Assembly (NCBI GenBank): GCA_038227175.1
Contig: JBBRPZ010000011.1
Coordinates: 16,182-80,181, forward strand
Origin: Pyrinomonadales bacterium
GTDB lineage: Bacteria > Acidobacteriota > Blastocatellia > Pyrinomonadales > Pyrinomonadaceae
Direction: 5' to 3'
Length of the DNA: 64,000 nt
In this document: positions 33,924 to 46,100 of the stretch, in pieces
Position numbering within the stretch: the stretch's first letter is position 1
How the letters are laid out: each line of letters opens with the position of its first letter
Notes under the pieces: model-generated
Database searches by the model: none
What the model saw: only the letters and a program-made list of their open reading frames with translations
Told to the model about the DNA's origin: nothing
Made by a program: the position numbers and the translations under genes

Positions 33924-33998
33924 GCCGTCTTAGCTCAGTGGTAGAGCACTCGCTTCACACGCGATAGGTCACAAGTTCGAATCTTGTAGACGGCACCA
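33924..33998 (+). tRNA. tRNA-Val (anticodon CAC), CCA encoded
   Basis: Manual fold: acceptor GCCGTCT/AGACGGC, D-arm GCTC-AGTGGTA-GAGC, anticodon loop TTCACAC, T-arm ACAAG-TTCGAAT-CTTGT, discriminator A plus CCA. Confidence 0.9.
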
Positions 33999-34012
33999 GT
34001 ATTTTCAGGAGT

Positions 34013-34043
34013 AAAGAGGCATTTTGTGGTGCCTCTTTTTTTT
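34013..34043 (+). terminator. Rho-independent terminator after the tRNA
   Basis: aaagaggca ttttgtgg tgcctcttt followed by a T-run. Confidence 0.7.
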
Positions 34044-34107
34044 CTTGTTGCATTGCCGAAGTGCCGTTAAAATGGAGCTTACAAACAAAACGAGCAATCG
34101 TTAATAT

Positions 34108-36663
34108 ATGACTCAAAATCAGGTGGATGCCTTTGGTTCCTTTCAAAACGAGGTCGCGGTCAAATTTCAGCTCTATAACAGCCTGTTTTTGTCGCTGCCA
34201 TACGACCGTATCGAGAAGACGGGCATACTGCTGTCGCTGTTTCTGACGCATTGTGAAGAAGGTTTTCAGGCGGGTAAAGCCACGCCGGAGATCGTCGATG
34301 AATTCTTTGAACATCACACGTCCATCGTGACCGAGGCGGAGAGGGTTGCTCTGCTGTTGAGTTTTGTGCGTTATGCCGAGCGTCAGGTGGTGTTGTTCGA
34401 CGCGCTGGAGGATGCGGCGTTTCGCACGGTCAACGATATGCACGGGGCGGGAACGCTCAAGCATCTCGAATCGACGGTCCTCGAAAACAAGCGAAAAGCG
34501 GAATTGGAAGAAAAGCTGCGAGGGTTTTGCGTCCGGCTGGTTTTAACGGCGCATCCGACCCAGTTTTATCCCGGCTCCGTGCTCGGCATTATCAATGACC
34601 TGACGCACGCAATCGCCGAGAATAACATCACTGACATCAACACTTACCTGCGACAGCTTGGCAGGACGCCATTTATCAAAAAGCAAAAGCCGACGCCGTT
34701 TGACGAGGCTGTGAGCCTGATCTGGTATCTCGAAAATGTTTTTTACACGGCGGCTGGCAACATCGTTTCCGACCTGAACCGTTTTGCGGGTGGTGAAAAT
34801 TCGCCAATACGAATGGGTTTCTGGTCGGGCGGCGACCGAGACGGGAATCCGTTTGTCAATGTCGGGACGACGTTGCAGGTCGCCAGGGCACTTCATGATT
34901 CGATTTTGAGGTGCTATTACCGCGATGTGCGGCTGTTAAAGCGGCGGCTGACATTTGCCGGCGTCGAGAGCATTTTGGCCGAGCTTGATGAGACGCTCTA
35001 TCACGCCTTGTATTCGGATGACGGGATATCTGGTTTGGGCAAACAGAATATTCTTGACCCGTTGCTCACCATTCGCAACACATTGCTCGAGCGACACAAC
35101 GGCTTATTCGTTCATTTGGTCAACGATCTGATCTACAAGGTCGAGCTGTTCGGCTTATTTTTCGCGTCGCTCGATATCCGGCAGGAGAGCAGCATTCACG
35201 GGCAGATATTGGCGAACATTGCGTCGAACAGTGACGCTTTGCCTTCGAATTACAACGAATTGAGCGATGGTCAAAAAATCCAAACGCTTTTGAATATTTC
35301 GCAGATCGCCGACGTAGCGTCATTCGGCGATGAGCTGACCAAAGACACGCTGCAAACCATCGCCGCCGTCAAAACGATTCAACAGCAAAACGGCTCTGCG
35401 GGTTGCGAGCGATACATCATCAGCCAGTGTCAGAGTGCTCTGAACGCAATTGAGGTCTATGGTTTGTTCCTGCTCGGCGGCTGGCGTGCCGACGAGATGG
35501 CGATCGATATTGTTCCTTTATTCGAGACGGTTTCCGATCTGCAAAATGCCGCCGACATTATGCGGCAATTGTACAAAATACCGCAGTATCGCCAACATTT
35601 GCGGGCTCGCCGCGATACGCAGACGATCATGCTCGGCTTTAGTGATGGCACAAAAGACGGCGGGTATTTGATGGCGAATTGGAGCATTTACAAGGCTAAG
35701 GACGAACTGACGCGGGTCTCAAAAGAATTTGGCATAGAGGTCATATTTTTCGACGGCCGCGGCGGTCCGCCTGCACGCGGTGGAGGAAAAACACACAAAT
35801 TTTACTCGTCGATGGGTGAAAATATCTCGGACAAAGCCATCGAACTGACCGTGCAGGGCCAGACAGTTAGCTCCAATTTCGGCACGGTCGATGCGGCCCA
35901 ATTTAATATCGAGCAGCTCATACACGCCGGCATCTACAATCACATTTCGGTTGCGAAGGACATCACTTTTTCCCCGATCGAGGAATCCCTGATGCGTCAG
36001 CTTGCGGGCGAAAGTTATGCGGCGTACGAAGGGCTAAAACAGCATCCGTCGTTTCTAGATTATCTGTTGGAGGTCAGCCCATTACGTTTCTATTCGGAAA
36101 CCAACGTCGGCAGCCGCCCGGTCAAACGCGGCGGTGCGAGCAAGCTCGAATTCAAGGACCTGCGGGCGATCCCATTTGTAGGGGCCTGGAGCCAACTCAA
36201 GCAAAATGTGCCGGGTTATTACGGCGTCGGGTCAGCGTTCGAAAAGATTGAGGCAGACGGCAAACTCGCCGATGCAAAAGCGATGTACCAAAACAACGCC
36301 TTTTTCAAAGCATTGATGGACAACTGCGAAATGGCAATGGTCAAATCGTTTTTTCCGCTGACGGCGTATCTTGCCGAACATCCCGTTTTCGGCGAGCTAT
36401 GGCGCAAAATTCACGACGAATATGAATTGACGCGAAAATATCTGCTATTGGTCTCGGAAAAGGACGAGCTGATGACCGACTATCCCGTCGAGCGGCAATC
36501 GATCCAAATGCGCGAGCGGATCATGATCCCGCTGACTACAATTCAACAGTATGGCCTCGCGAAAACACGAGAGGAATTGCAGCCGGATCTGCGTACAGCG
36601 TATGAAAAACTGATCATGCGGTGTTCGTTCGGCATCATCAACGCAGGAAGGAATTCGGCTTAA
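34108..36663 (+). CDS. ppc: Phosphoenolpyruvate carboxylase
   Basis: VLTAHPTQ, GFWSGGDRDGNP, MLGFSDGTKDGG, FDGRGGPPARGGG, and C-terminal IINAGRNSA. Confidence 0.92.
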   Translation: MTQNQVDAFGSFQNEVAVKFQLYNSLFLSLPYDRIEKTGILLSLFLTHCEEGFQAGKATPEIVDEFFEHHTSIVTEAERVALLLSFVRYAERQVVLFDALEDAAFRTVNDMHGAGTLKHLESTVLENKRKAELEEKLRGFCVRLVLTAHPTQFYPGSVLGIINDLTHAIAENNITDINTYLRQLGRTPFIKKQKPTPFDEAVSLIWYLENVFYTAAGNIVSDLNRFAGGENSPIRMGFWSGGDRDGNPFVNVGTTLQVARALHDSILRCYYRDVRLLKRRLTFAGVESILAELDETLYHALYSDDGISGLGKQNILDPLLTIRNTLLERHNGLFVHLVNDLIYKVELFGLFFASLDIRQESSIHGQILANIASNSDALPSNYNELSDGQKIQTLLNISQIADVASFGDELTKDTLQTIAAVKTIQQQNGSAGCERYIISQCQSALNAIEVYGLFLLGGWRADEMAIDIVPLFETVSDLQNAADIMRQLYKIPQYRQHLRARRDTQTIMLGFSDGTKDGGYLMANWSIYKAKDELTRVSKEFGIEVIFFDGRGGPPARGGGKTHKFYSSMGENISDKAIELTVQGQTVSSNFGTVDAAQFNIEQLIHAGIYNHISVAKDITFSPIEESLMRQLAGESYAAYEGLKQHPSFLDYLLEVSPLRFYSETNVGSRPVKRGGASKLEFKDLRAIPFVGAWSQLKQNVPGYYGVGSAFEKIEADGKLADAKAMYQNNAFFKALMDNCEMAMVKSFFPLTAYLAEHPVFGELWRKIHDEYELTRKYLLLVSEKDELMTDYPVERQSIQMRERIMIPLTTIQQYGLAKTREELQPDLRTAYEKLIMRCSFGIINAGRNSA

Positions 36664-38135
36664 GCGTCCGGTTGTTTTAGATAATTATTGACGCCGATGG
36701 CGGCACGTTTTCCGTCAGCGATGGCCCAAACGATGAGCGACTGGCCGCGTTCGCAGTCACCGGCGGCAAAGACGCCACGCGCACTGGTCTGCTTGTTAGC
36801 GTCCACTGCGATTGTGCCGCGTTCGGTAAAGGCGAAACCGAAGTCGTCGAGCAGCCCGCCCTTTTCCGCACCGGTAAAGCCCATCGCCAGAAAGACGACA
36901 TCAGCTTCCCAAATTTTCGCCGTTTCCGGAATCTCGCTGATCGAGCGGCTACCATTATCGCCGACCCATTCGATCTCGCCGGTTTCGAGGCTGGCCACGA
37001 CGCCGTCTTCATTGCCGAGAAAGCGTTTTGTGAGTACAGCAAATTGTCGCGGATCCGAGCCAAAGAGTGTTGTGGCCTCCTCCTGGCCGTAATCGGTCTG
37101 AAATGTGCGAATACTCGCAAGCCACTGGTCGTGATTCAACACACGCTCCGGCGGCTGGGCCATAATTTCGAACTGCGTCACGCTCCGGCATCCTTGCCGC
37201 AGTGAACTTGCGATGCAATCCGTTCCCGTGTCGCCGCCGCCGATGACGATGACGTTTTTGTCACAAACGTTAATAAATTTGCCGTCCTCAAACCTTGAAT
37301 CCAAAAGGCTTTTGGTATTCGCCGTCAGAAAATCCATCGCAAAATGAATGCCGTTCAGCTCGCGGCCCTCGATCTGCAAATCTCGAGGCTTAGGAGCACC
37401 GCCGCATAAAACTATGGCGTCAAACTCTCTTTTTAAGTCATTCGCGGTCACGTCACGACCGACATCGACGTTTGCTTGGAACGTAATTCCCTCAGCCGTT
37501 AAAAGCTCGACGCGGCGGTCGACGATATGCTTTTCGAGCTTCATATTCGGAATGCCGTACATCAAAAGGCCGCCAATGCGGTCGGAGCGTTCAAAAACAG
37601 TCACGTTATGACCCGCTTTGTTCAGGTCGTCGGCACATGCAAGACCGGCCGGGCCGGAACCGACGACGGCGATGCGTTTATCAGTACGATCCGTCGGCGG
37701 GTCTACTTTAACCCAGCCTTCGTCAAAAGCGCGGTCTATGATCGCGGACTCTATCTCCTTTATCATTACCGGCTCTTCGTTGATGCCGAGTACGCACGAC
37801 GATTCGCACGGAGCGGGGCAGGCACGGCCTGTGAATTCCGGGAAATTGTTGGTCAGTGCGAGCCTTTTGTAAGCCTCTTGCCACTGGCCGCGATAGACGA
37901 GATCGTTCCATTCGGGAATCAGATTGTTGAGCGGACATCCGGTCGTCACGCCGTTGTGGGCCGTACCGTGATGGCAAAACGGAATGCCGCAATTCATGCA
38001 CCGCGCACCCTGTGTTTGCAGGTCGCGGTCAGCCATCGGAGCGTGAAACTCGTCCCAATTGGCGACGCGCTCACTTGCCGGCTGTAGGATCGGCAGACTT
38101 CTTCCGAATTCGATAAAACCTGTTACTTTACCCAT
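36660..38135 (-). CDS. gltD: Glutamate synthase (NADPH) small subunit
   Basis: RCMNCGIPFC and CPAPCE Fe-S motifs, VVGSGPAGLACA, and IGGGDTGTDC. Confidence 0.92.
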   Translation of the reverse strand: MGKVTGFIEFGRSLPILQPASERVANWDEFHAPMADRDLQTQGARCMNCGIPFCHHGTAHNGVTTGCPLNNLIPEWNDLVYRGQWQEAYKRLALTNNFPEFTGRACPAPCESSCVLGINEEPVMIKEIESAIIDRAFDEGWVKVDPPTDRTDKRIAVVGSGPAGLACADDLNKAGHNVTVFERSDRIGGLLMYGIPNMKLEKHIVDRRVELLTAEGITFQANVDVGRDVTANDLKREFDAIVLCGGAPKPRDLQIEGRELNGIHFAMDFLTANTKSLLDSRFEDGKFINVCDKNVIVIGGGDTGTDCIASSLRQGCRSVTQFEIMAQPPERVLNHDQWLASIRTFQTDYGQEEATTLFGSDPRQFAVLTKRFLGNEDGVVASLETGEIEWVGDNGSRSISEIPETAKIWEADVVFLAMGFTGAEKGGLLDDFGFAFTERGTIAVDANKQTSARGVFAAGDCERGQSLIVWAIADGKRAAIGVNNYLKQPDA

Positions 38136-38138
38136 AAT

Positions 38139-41100
38139 TTAGACGCTAACCTTCGCTGTAAAGGCTGCCATAGCTGCCTTTTCGGGCGACAACCCGCTCG
38201 ATATCAGTTCTCGTTGAGCTTGTGTAACTTGTTGATAATCGACCGGGATGACGCGAACAAAGCGCGATAGATTTGCCTCCCAGTTATTGAGCAGATCTCT
38301 CGCACGCTGGCTGCCGGTCGATTCGGCGTGGGCGGTGATCAGGTCTCTCACAAACTCAACCTCGTCGCTTTCGTCGATCTGCGACAGGCTGACCATCTCG
38401 GTGTTACAGAGCCGCCAAAAGTCCTCGTGTTCGTCAAAAACGTACGCGATGCCGCCTGACATGCCCGCAGCAAAATTCTTGCCAGTTCGCCCCAATATGA
38501 CTACTCTGCCGCCGGTCATATACTCGCAGCCGTGGTCGCCGATGCCTTCGACGACCGTGTTTGCCCCGCTGTTTCTCACAGCAAATCGTTCGCCAGCGAC
38601 ACCCGAAATAAAGGCGGTTCCGCTCGTCGCTCCGTAAAGAGCGGTGTTTCCGATGATGACGTTTTCGTGAGCAGGAAAGGTCGCGGTTTTTGGCGGAAAG
38701 ACGATTATCTTGCCACCCGACAGACCTTTACCGACGTAGTCGTTCGAGTCGCCCTCGAGCGTCAGCGCCACGCCCGCAGGAAGAAATCCACCAAAACTCT
38801 GCCCCGCCGAGCCTTTGAAATTGAGCCTGATCTTTTCGTCTGGTAACCCCGCCGCTCCAAATCGCCGCGAGATCTCGCTGCCGAGCAGCGTTCCCACCGA
38901 GCGGTTGGTGTTGCGGATGGGAAGATCCGCAATGACACGTACCTCGGATTCGAATGCGGGACGGCAGAGGTCGAGCAGCACCGATTTGTCGAGTGTTTCG
39001 CCGAGCTTGTGATCTTGTTTGACTAGCTGAAATCGACTGTAGTCGTCGGGGACATCGGCCTGAAACAAGATCGGCGACAGATCGAGATGGCTTGCCTTCC
39101 AGTGCCCGCTGGTCGATTCGGCCTCCAAAATATCGCTGCGTCCGACCATCTCGTCAATGGTGCGGAAACTTAGCTCGGCCATAAATTCGCGAACCTCTTC
39201 GGCGACGAATTTCATGAAATTGACGACGAACTGCGGGTCGCCTGAGAATTTTTCACGCAAACGCGGGTCTTGCGTCGCGACACCGACAGGACACGTATTG
39301 AGATGGCAAACGCGCATCATGATGCAGCCAAGTGAAACGAGCGGGGCGGACGAAAACCCGAATTCTTCCGCTCCCAGCAACGTTGCGATAACAACATCGC
39401 GGCCGGTTTTCATTTGGCCGTCGGTTTCGAGACGGACGCGGTCGCGGAGGTTATTGAGCAGCAGCGTCTGGTGCGTTTCGGCGAGGCCGATCTCCCATGG
39501 GATGCCCGCGTGTTTAAGGCTCGTCAGCGGCGAAGCTCCGGTGCCGCCGTCGTGGCCGCTGATCAGGACGAGGTCGGCCTTTGCCTTTACGACGCCCGCA
39601 GCGACCGTTCCGACACCGGCCTCGGCGACGAGCTTGACGCTGATACGAGCGTTCTCGTTGGCGTTTTTTAAGTCGAAGATAAGCTGTTTAAGATCTTCGA
39701 TCGAATAAATATCATGATGCGGTGGCGGTGATATCAGGCCGACGCCGGGCGTCGAATACCGCGTTTTGGCAATCCAAGGGTAGACCTTGTCGCCGGGCAA
39801 CTGGCCACCTTCGCCCGGTTTGGCACCCTGCGCCATTTTGATCTGCAATTCTTGGGCGTTGACGAGATAGTGGCTCGTCACGCCAAAGCGTCCCGATGCT
39901 ACCTGCTTGATCGCACTCTTACGCGAATCGCCATTCGCATCCGCAATATAGCGGTCCGCATCCTCGCCGCCTTCGCCGGTATTGCTTTTGCCGCCGAGGC
40001 GGTTCATCGCAATTGCGAGCGATTCGTGAGCCTCCTCACTGATCGATCCGTACGACATCGCACCCGTCTTGAAGCGTTTCAGGATGCTCTCGACCGGCTC
40101 GACCTCGTCGATGGGGATCGGGCTGCGTCCTGGCTTGAATTTCAAAAGCCCGCGCAGCGTCGCGAGATGGCCCTCCTGTTCATTCACGGCTTGACTGAAT
40201 TCCTTAAATATTTTGTAATCGCCCGTGCGGCAGGCCCGCTGCAACGCATGAATTGTAACTGGATTGAAAAGGTGCGTCTCGCCCGTCTCGCGCCATTGGT
40301 AATTGCCGCCGATCTCGAGCGAATCGTGATTTGGATTGAGCGAAAACGCCTGTTTGTGACGGATCAGAGCCTCGCCCGCGATCTCATCCAGGCCGATGCC
40401 GCCGAGCCGCGACGCGGTTCCGGTAAAATATGTCTCAATGACCTCTTCGCTAATGCCGAGAGCCTCGAAGATCTGGGCTCCGAGATAGCTGCGGATCGTC
40501 GAGATGCCCATTTTGGAGAGCACCTTGACGACACCTTTGTTGACAGCTTTTACGTAATTTTTATTGGCTTTGGCTTCCTCAATAACGATTCCGCCAAGCC
40601 GGATCTGGTCGTGGATCGTCTCAAACGCGAGATACGGGTTGATCGCCGTCGCTCCGTAACCAAGCAGCAACGCAAAATGATGCACTTCGCGCGGCTCGCC
40701 GCTTTCGAGCACAAATCCGACCTGTGTTCGCGTGCCCTCGCGGGTCAAATGATGATGAACGGTTGATACGGCGAGCAATGCAGGAATTGGAACGCGATAT
40801 TCGCTCATCTCGCGGTCGGAGAGGATGAAAATATCGTAGCCATTCTCGACCGCGCTGCTCGCTCGTTGGCAGAGTTTTTCGAGAGCCCATTCGAGGCCTT
40901 GCTTGCCGTGCTCTTTTTCAAAAAGCATCGGCAGCGTGATCGATTTGAAACCGGCCTTACCCCAAACACTGTCGGAATCGCCGAGCAGACGCAGCTTTTC
41001 CAACTCTTCGTTGGTCAGCACAAATGAATTGAGCTTGATCTGGTGCGCGGCCCGGGCGGTCGGTTCGAAGAGGTTTTCGTCGCGGCCGATCGCGGTGTCG

Positions 41101-42725
41101 ATCGAGGTTACGAGATCCTCGCGGATCGCGTCGATCGGCGGATTTGTGACCTGGGCGAAAAGCTGTTTGAAATAGTTGTAAAGGAGCTGCGGCTTATTCG
41201 ACAGCACGGCGAGCGGTGTGTCGTTGCCCATCGAGCCAGTCGCTTCCATGCCGTTCGTCGCCATCGGGGCAATGAGCATTCGCAGCTCTTCCTCGGTATA
41301 GCCGAACGCTCGCTGACGCTGGACCAGCGTTTCGTGGTCAACCTCGTGGACGAACGGCGGATCGGGCAGGTCGTTGATGTGGAGCAAATTTTGCTTGAGC
41401 CAGACCTGATAAGGAAGCTCGGTCGCGATCCGTTCCTTGATCTCGTCGTCGGGAATGATGCGGCCTTCACGCGTGTCGATCAGGAACATTTTGCCCGGCT
41501 GCAAGCGGCCCTTACGCAAGATATTTGCCGGGTCGATCTCCAAAACGCCGACCTCGGACGCCATAATGACGCGATCGTCTTTGGTGACGTAATACCGCGA
41601 TGGCCGCAAACCGTTTCGATCCAAAACGGCTCCGATCAGCTCGCCATCCGTAAACGTGATCGCCGCCGGGCCGTCCCATGGTTCGAGCAGGCACGCGTGA
41701 TATTCGTAAAACGCACGCTTTTCCTCGCTCATCACGTTCTCCGCCGACAGCGGTTCGGGGATCATCATCATGATGGAATGCGGCAGGCTGCGGCCCGCGA
41801 GCGTGAGCGTTTCGAGCGAATTGTCGAATGCCCCCGAATCGCTCGCCTCGCCGTCGATGACGCGCAAAACCTTGGCCGAGTCTTCGCCAAAGAGAGTCGA
41901 ATTGAGATTTTTTTCACGAGCGTTCATCCAGTTGATGTTGCCGCGAAGCGTATTGATCTCGCCGTTGTGAGCGATGTAACGCATCGGCTGTGCCCGCGAC
42001 CAGCTTGGGAATGTGTTCGTGCTGAAACGTGAATGAACGACCGCGATGGCGGTCTCAAAGGTCTCGTCGTGCAGATCCGGGAAAAATTCTCCGAGTTGAC
42101 CGGTCGTGAGCATTCCTTTGTAGACGATCGTGCGCGTCGAGAGGCTCGAAAAATAAAACTGATCGGCGAGTTCCGCGTCCGCTTGGGTTATCTGTTCCTT
42201 TGCCCAACGGCGGATGACAAACAGCTTACGCTCGAAATGCTCGTTGTCAGTGATGTTGTCGCCTTTACCAATAAAGACTTGCCGGATCACGGGCTGCGAG
42301 TTCTTTGCTGTGGGCCCAAGCGATCTGTTTTCTGTGGGCACATCGCGCCAACCGAGGAGAGTTTGGCCCTCGTCGGCGATCACTGTTGCGAGCATCTTTT
42401 CGCAAAAGGCACGCTCGTCATTATCCGTTGGTAGAAAGACCATCCCAACGGCGTAATTTCGTGGTTCGGGCAGATCAATGCCCAGCCTGTTGCATACTTT
42501 TCGTAAGAATCCGTGCGGTATCTGCGTCAGGATTCCCGAGCCGTCGCCGGTGTTTTCTTCAGCACCGCTCGCACCGCGATGGTTCATCTGGACCAGCACC
42601 TTTATAGCGTCCGTGACCGTTTGGTGCGACGCTCGGCCTTTGATGTCGGCAACGAAACCAATGCCGCACGAATCGTGTTCAAATTGCGGCCGATATAGAC
42701 CCCGATTTTTGGTTGGTGTATTCAA
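38139..42725 (-). CDS. gltB: Glutamate synthase large subunit
   Basis: [12 protein letters not shown] amidotransferase N-terminus with the catalytic Cys, an FMN/Fe-S central domain, and a C-terminal GXGXG beta-helix. TTG start at 42725. Confidence 0.95.
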   Translation of the reverse strand: MNTPTKNRGLYRPQFEHDSCGIGFVADIKGRASHQTVTDAIKVLVQMNHRGASGAEENTGDGSGILTQIPHGFLRKVCNRLGIDLPEPRNYAVGMVFLPTDNDERAFCEKMLATVIADEGQTLLGWRDVPTENRSLGPTAKNSQPVIRQVFIGKGDNITDNEHFERKLFVIRRWAKEQITQADAELADQFYFSSLSTRTIVYKGMLTTGQLGEFFPDLHDETFETAIAVVHSRFSTNTFPSWSRAQPMRYIAHNGEINTLRGNINWMNAREKNLNSTLFGEDSAKVLRVIDGEASDSGAFDNSLETLTLAGRSLPHSIMMMIPEPLSAENVMSEEKRAFYEYHACLLEPWDGPAAITFTDGELIGAVLDRNGLRPSRYYVTKDDRVIMASEVGVLEIDPANILRKGRLQPGKMFLIDTREGRIIPDDEIKERIATELPYQVWLKQNLLHINDLPDPPFVHEVDHETLVQRQRAFGYTEEELRMLIAPMATNGMEATGSMGNDTPLAVLSNKPQLLYNYFKQLFAQVTNPPIDAIREDLVTSIDTAIGRDENLFEPTARAAHQIKLNSFVLTNEELEKLRLLGDSDSVWGKAGFKSITLPMLFEKEHGKQGLEWALEKLCQRASSAVENGYDIFILSDREMSEYRVPIPALLAVSTVHHHLTREGTRTQVGFVLESGEPREVHHFALLLGYGATAINPYLAFETIHDQIRLGGIVIEEAKANKNYVKAVNKGVVKVLSKMGISTIRSYLGAQIFEALGISEEVIETYFTGTASRLGGIGLDEIAGEALIRHKQAFSLNPNHDSLEIGGNYQWRETGETHLFNPVTIHALQRACRTGDYKIFKEFSQAVNEQEGHLATLRGLLKFKPGRSPIPIDEVEPVESILKRFKTGAMSYGSISEEAHESLAIAMNRLGGKSNTGEGGEDADRYIADANGDSRKSAIKQVASGRFGVTSHYLVNAQELQIKMAQGAKPGEGGQLPGDKVYPWIAKTRYSTPGVGLISPPPHHDIYSIEDLKQLIFDLKNANENARISVKLVAEAGVGTVAAGVVKAKADLVLISGHDGGTGASPLTSLKHAGIPWEIGLAETHQTLLLNNLRDRVRLETDGQMKTGRDVVIATLLGAEEFGFSSAPLVSLGCIMMRVCHLNTCPVGVATQDPRLREKFSGDPQFVVNFMKFVAEEVREFMAELSFRTIDEMVGRSDILEAESTSGHWKASHLDLSPILFQADVPDDYSRFQLVKQDHKLGETLDKSVLLDLCRPAFESEVRVIADLPIRNTNRSVGTLLGSEISRRFGAAGLPDEKIRLNFKGSAGQSFGGFLPAGVALTLEGDSNDYVGKGLSGGKIIVFPPKTATFPAHENVIIGNTALYGATSGTAFISGVAGERFAVRNSGANTVVEGIGDHGCEYMTGGRVVILGRTGKNFAAGMSGGIAYVFDEHEDFWRLCNTEMVSLSQIDESDEVEFVRDLITAHAESTGSQRARDLLNNWEANLSRFVRVIPVDYQQVTQAQRELISSGLSPEKAAMAAFTAKVSV

Positions 42726-42764
42726 ATTGGTTCCCTTTTGGTCACAGATTTCCGATTTTCTTAC

Positions 42765-42836
42765 AAAAAAAAGTCATCACCCTTTTTTCGGGTAATGACT
42801 TTTTGCGTATTCGATACACAATAAAGGTCATTACCC
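42765..42836 (-). promoter_or_regulatory. Candidate terminator/antiterminator leader upstream of gltB
   Basis: On the minus-strand RNA, segment A is gggtaatgac (42836-42827), B is gtcattaccc (42799-42790), and C is gggtgatgac (42782-42773), followed by U8 (42772-42765). B:C forms a 10-bp hairpin plus U-tract 40 nt before the start codon. A:B is a perfect alternative pairing. Confidence 0.4.
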
Positions 42837-42958
42837 GCTAAGTAATAATGACGGTCGTGCGTTTGATAATAATGATCGCTACCGTAGTGCGGCAGATTCT
42901 GAATACGATCGTATTTATCGGAGCGTCGTACATAAAACTATGTTTTTCTTTTGTGAAG

Positions 42959-42986
42959 ATTATTACAATTTATTATGGCTTGTCAA
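42959..42986 (-). promoter_or_regulatory. Possible sigma70-like promoter for the gltBD leader
   Basis: TTGACA (42986-42981), a 16-nt spacer, then AATAAT (42964-42959) on the minus strand. This is a pattern match only. Confidence 0.3.
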
Positions 42987-43018
42987 GTTAAATGTTTGTA
43001 AAGAGCGGAAAAAGATTT

Positions 43019-43067
43019 AGCTGCGAATGCACGAATGTTCTTTTCAGATATTCGTGGATTCGCAGCT
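43019..43067. repeat. Short word-array hairpin (cgaat words)
   Basis: agctgcgaatgcacgaat ... attcgtggattcgcagct. Confidence 0.75.
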
Positions 43068-43117
43068 ATCGTTTGTCCTTACGACGCTTCTGCCGCCGGC
43101 ACCAATTTTTCCACAAT

Positions 43118-46100
43118 TCAGGGCCAAAGCGGTCGCAGAGCGTCCTGGCCACGAATGGCGGGTTTGGAACTATCAGAAAGACTTACTTCTCCGATCGCTG
43201 GAAGCTTCGCCGCCTTCAGCTTAGCATTGAGTGCTGGAATGTCCGTCGCTACTATTTCGCTCCAAGCCTTGTTCGACTTTTCAAACGATGCTTGGGCCTC
43301 ATTTGCGGCTGATACCGTTTGAGTCGTCGGTGTTACGTCAGCTTCCTGAAGCAGATTTAACAGCGATGTGAACGTGCCGCCAAGTTGGCCAAAGTTCGCA
43401 TCAGAATTGGCCGCTGCGCCTCCGCCTCCGCCACCTCCGCGTCGTCCACCGCCGCCGCCGCCGAAGCGGGCAAGCTTTTGCTGAAGGTCCGTGATGTCCT
43501 TGGCCAATGGACTGGCATCACCTGCCTTTTGTTTGATCGCGGCAAGCTGGTCGCTGATCTTTTTAACGCTCTCAGTTGCCGAGCGGGCTGCCAAGATGCC
43601 GCGATAGGCGACCATTGACAGGATGTACTGTTTCAGCAAATCTTCGTCCGGTGTTGTAAGTCTCGGGTCCATCCGTACATTAAGCGATTGCGTGTAAGCT
43701 TTGCCATTTACGGTCAGCTTTACCGTATATTTGCCCGCCATAACGGCCGGGCCCTGAGGCACAAAAGGCGTATCTTTGTAGATCGCCGAGATCGGCAGAT
43801 CATAGCCGTCCGACGGTGGATTTGGGTACATGAGGTCCCAGACGAAACGCTGCATACCGACCTCGTTCTTGAGAATTTGCGGTGGACGCAGCCAGTAGGT
43901 CGGGAAACGAAGTGTGTTCGGGTCGACCGCGAGCGGTTTGTCGTCGCTCGAATATCTGCGAACGAGTTGGCCTCCGGTATCGGTAATTTCAAGCACGATC
44001 GGCGTTTTTGCAGGTTCCTTAAGATAGTAGTTAATGATCGCTCCGTCGGGCGGGTTTTGTCCGGCGGGTTCCTCGGGGGGGAACGGCGTGTCGGTGTGGA
44101 CGCTGCGTTTGACCCGTGTCGCTGTTTCCGGTGCAAACAGCACGGCGGCCGCGGCCTTTGTGCCGGATTCGATCTGCCTCAGATTCGTAACATCGTCAAG
44201 TATCCAAAACGACCGTCCGTGTGTGCCGACCACCACATCGTCCTGGTGGATGACGAGGTCGCGGATCGACGTTGCGGGCATGTTGAGCCGCAGCGGCTGC
44301 CAGTTTTCGCCATCGTCGGTCGAGAAATAAACCGCTTGTTCGGTACCGGCGAAGAGCAGGCCTTTGCGGACAGGGTCTTCGCGAACGACGTTGACGATGC
44401 CGCCGAAGGGCAAGCCTTTGACGATCTCCTTCCACGTTTTGCCGCCGTCATGGGTCCGCAAAATATGCGGCCTGAGGTCGTCGAGGCGAAACGTATTTAT
44501 CGCGGCATAAGCTGTATTGGCGTCAAATCGGCCGGCGTCGATCAGCGAGACCTTGGCCCAGGATTTGAGCTGGGGCGGCGTGACATTTTGCCAGTTTTTG
44601 CCTCCGTCGCGGGTGACATGGATCAGGCCATCGTCGGTCCCGGCCCACAGCGTATCTGCGTCTTTGTACGACGGGGCAACCGTGTAAACTACACCGCGCC
44701 GGGGCATCGTTTCCATGTCTTTGGTTGCGTAAATGCCCACGTTTGCGGGCACGTCCCATTTTTCACGAGACAGATCGGGACTGATCACGGCCCAGCTTTG
44801 ACCTCCGTCCAAAGTCTTAAAAACAACATTTCCGGCGAAATAGAGAGCGTGTTTATCCACTGTCGAAAACACGACAGGAGCGGTTCGCAGGAAGCGGTAC
44901 TTTCCACTGCGGACTGCCTCGGGCATGATGTTTTGGACCTGGCCAGTGCGTTTGTCGAAACGCGTGAGTTTTCCGCCGTAGATCATATTCGGGTCTAGGG
45001 GGTCAGGAGCGGCGTAGCCATATTCTTCGAGTCCGACCGTCCGCCAGTCTTTTGCGAGGATCGCTCCGGTATCGCCGCGTGACGAAACGCCGGCTGAGCC
45101 ACTTTCCTGCTGGCCGCCGTAGACCCAATACGGATACTGGTCGTCGGTTGCGACATGGTAAAACTGCGCCGTTGGCTGGTTGTACCAACTCGACCACGTT
45201 TGTCCGCCGTTGACCGAGATCGTCGCTCCCTGATCGCTGGCGATCATGATGATGTCCGGGTTTGCCGGATTGATCCAGAATCGGTGGTAGTCATCGCCGC
45301 CTGGAGCGCCTTTGAAACCAATAAATGTCTTTCCACCATCGGTCGATTTGTAAGTCGCTGTATTTGCGATAAATATCGTATTCGGATCGTTCGGGTGCAC
45401 CTTAACCTCGGCAAAATCGCTGCCCCGGCCCCAGATGCGGTTGTCGGTGTTTGTCTGCTCCCAGGTTTCGCCGGCATCATTAGACACGTAAATGCCGGCT
45501 GATTTGGCATTGGCATCGACGGTTGCGTACATCCGTCTTGGGTTGCTCGGCGAGATCGCAAATCCGATGCGACCTAATCCCTGCTCAACGGTTGGTAAGC
45601 CGCCAGCCAACTTCTTCCAGGTTGTTCCGCCGTCGGTCGATTTAAAGAGGCCGCTTTCCTTGCCCTGCCAAGCACCGTTTTCCCACGGGCCCTGACGTCC
45701 GGCCCAGAGATCGGCGTACAGGGTGTTTGGGTCTTTTGGGTCGAACTCAACCTGGAATGCTCCGGTGTCCTGATCTCTGTACAAAACTCGTTCGAACGTC
45801 TTGCCGCCGTCGGTCGAGCGGTAGATGCCGCGTTCCTCGTTTGGGCCATACGGGTGGCCGAGAACGGCGACGAACAGTCGATTTTCATTTTTTGGATCGA
45901 CCGCGATCGAAGCGATCTGCTGACCTTCGCGCAGGCCCAGATGCGTCCACGTCTTACCAGCGTCGGTCGATTTGTACATGCCGTCGCCCGTCGCGAGGTC
46001 GGGTCGCTGGAGGCCTTCACCGCAGCCGACGTAAATCACGTTCGGATTTGATCGTGCAATGGCGAGGTCACCAATCGAGCCGGTCGGCTGGTCGTCAAAG

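Noticed and set aside
33826-34108. tRNA-Val as the integration site of a genomic island
   Set aside because: No integrase is present, I saw no direct repeat of the tRNA 3' end, and the neighbouring genes (pilin-like, ppc) are ordinary.
39852-42032. 304-aa and 329-aa plus-strand ORFs
   Set aside because: They are antisense to gltB, whose identity is unambiguous. These are shadow ORFs.
43688-44998. 436-aa ORF on the plus strand
   Set aside because: It lies entirely antisense to the well-supported sortilin-like CDS (43118..46363). Its composition is Arg/Gly/Val-rich with no motifs, which is typical of a shadow ORF in a GC-rich gene.
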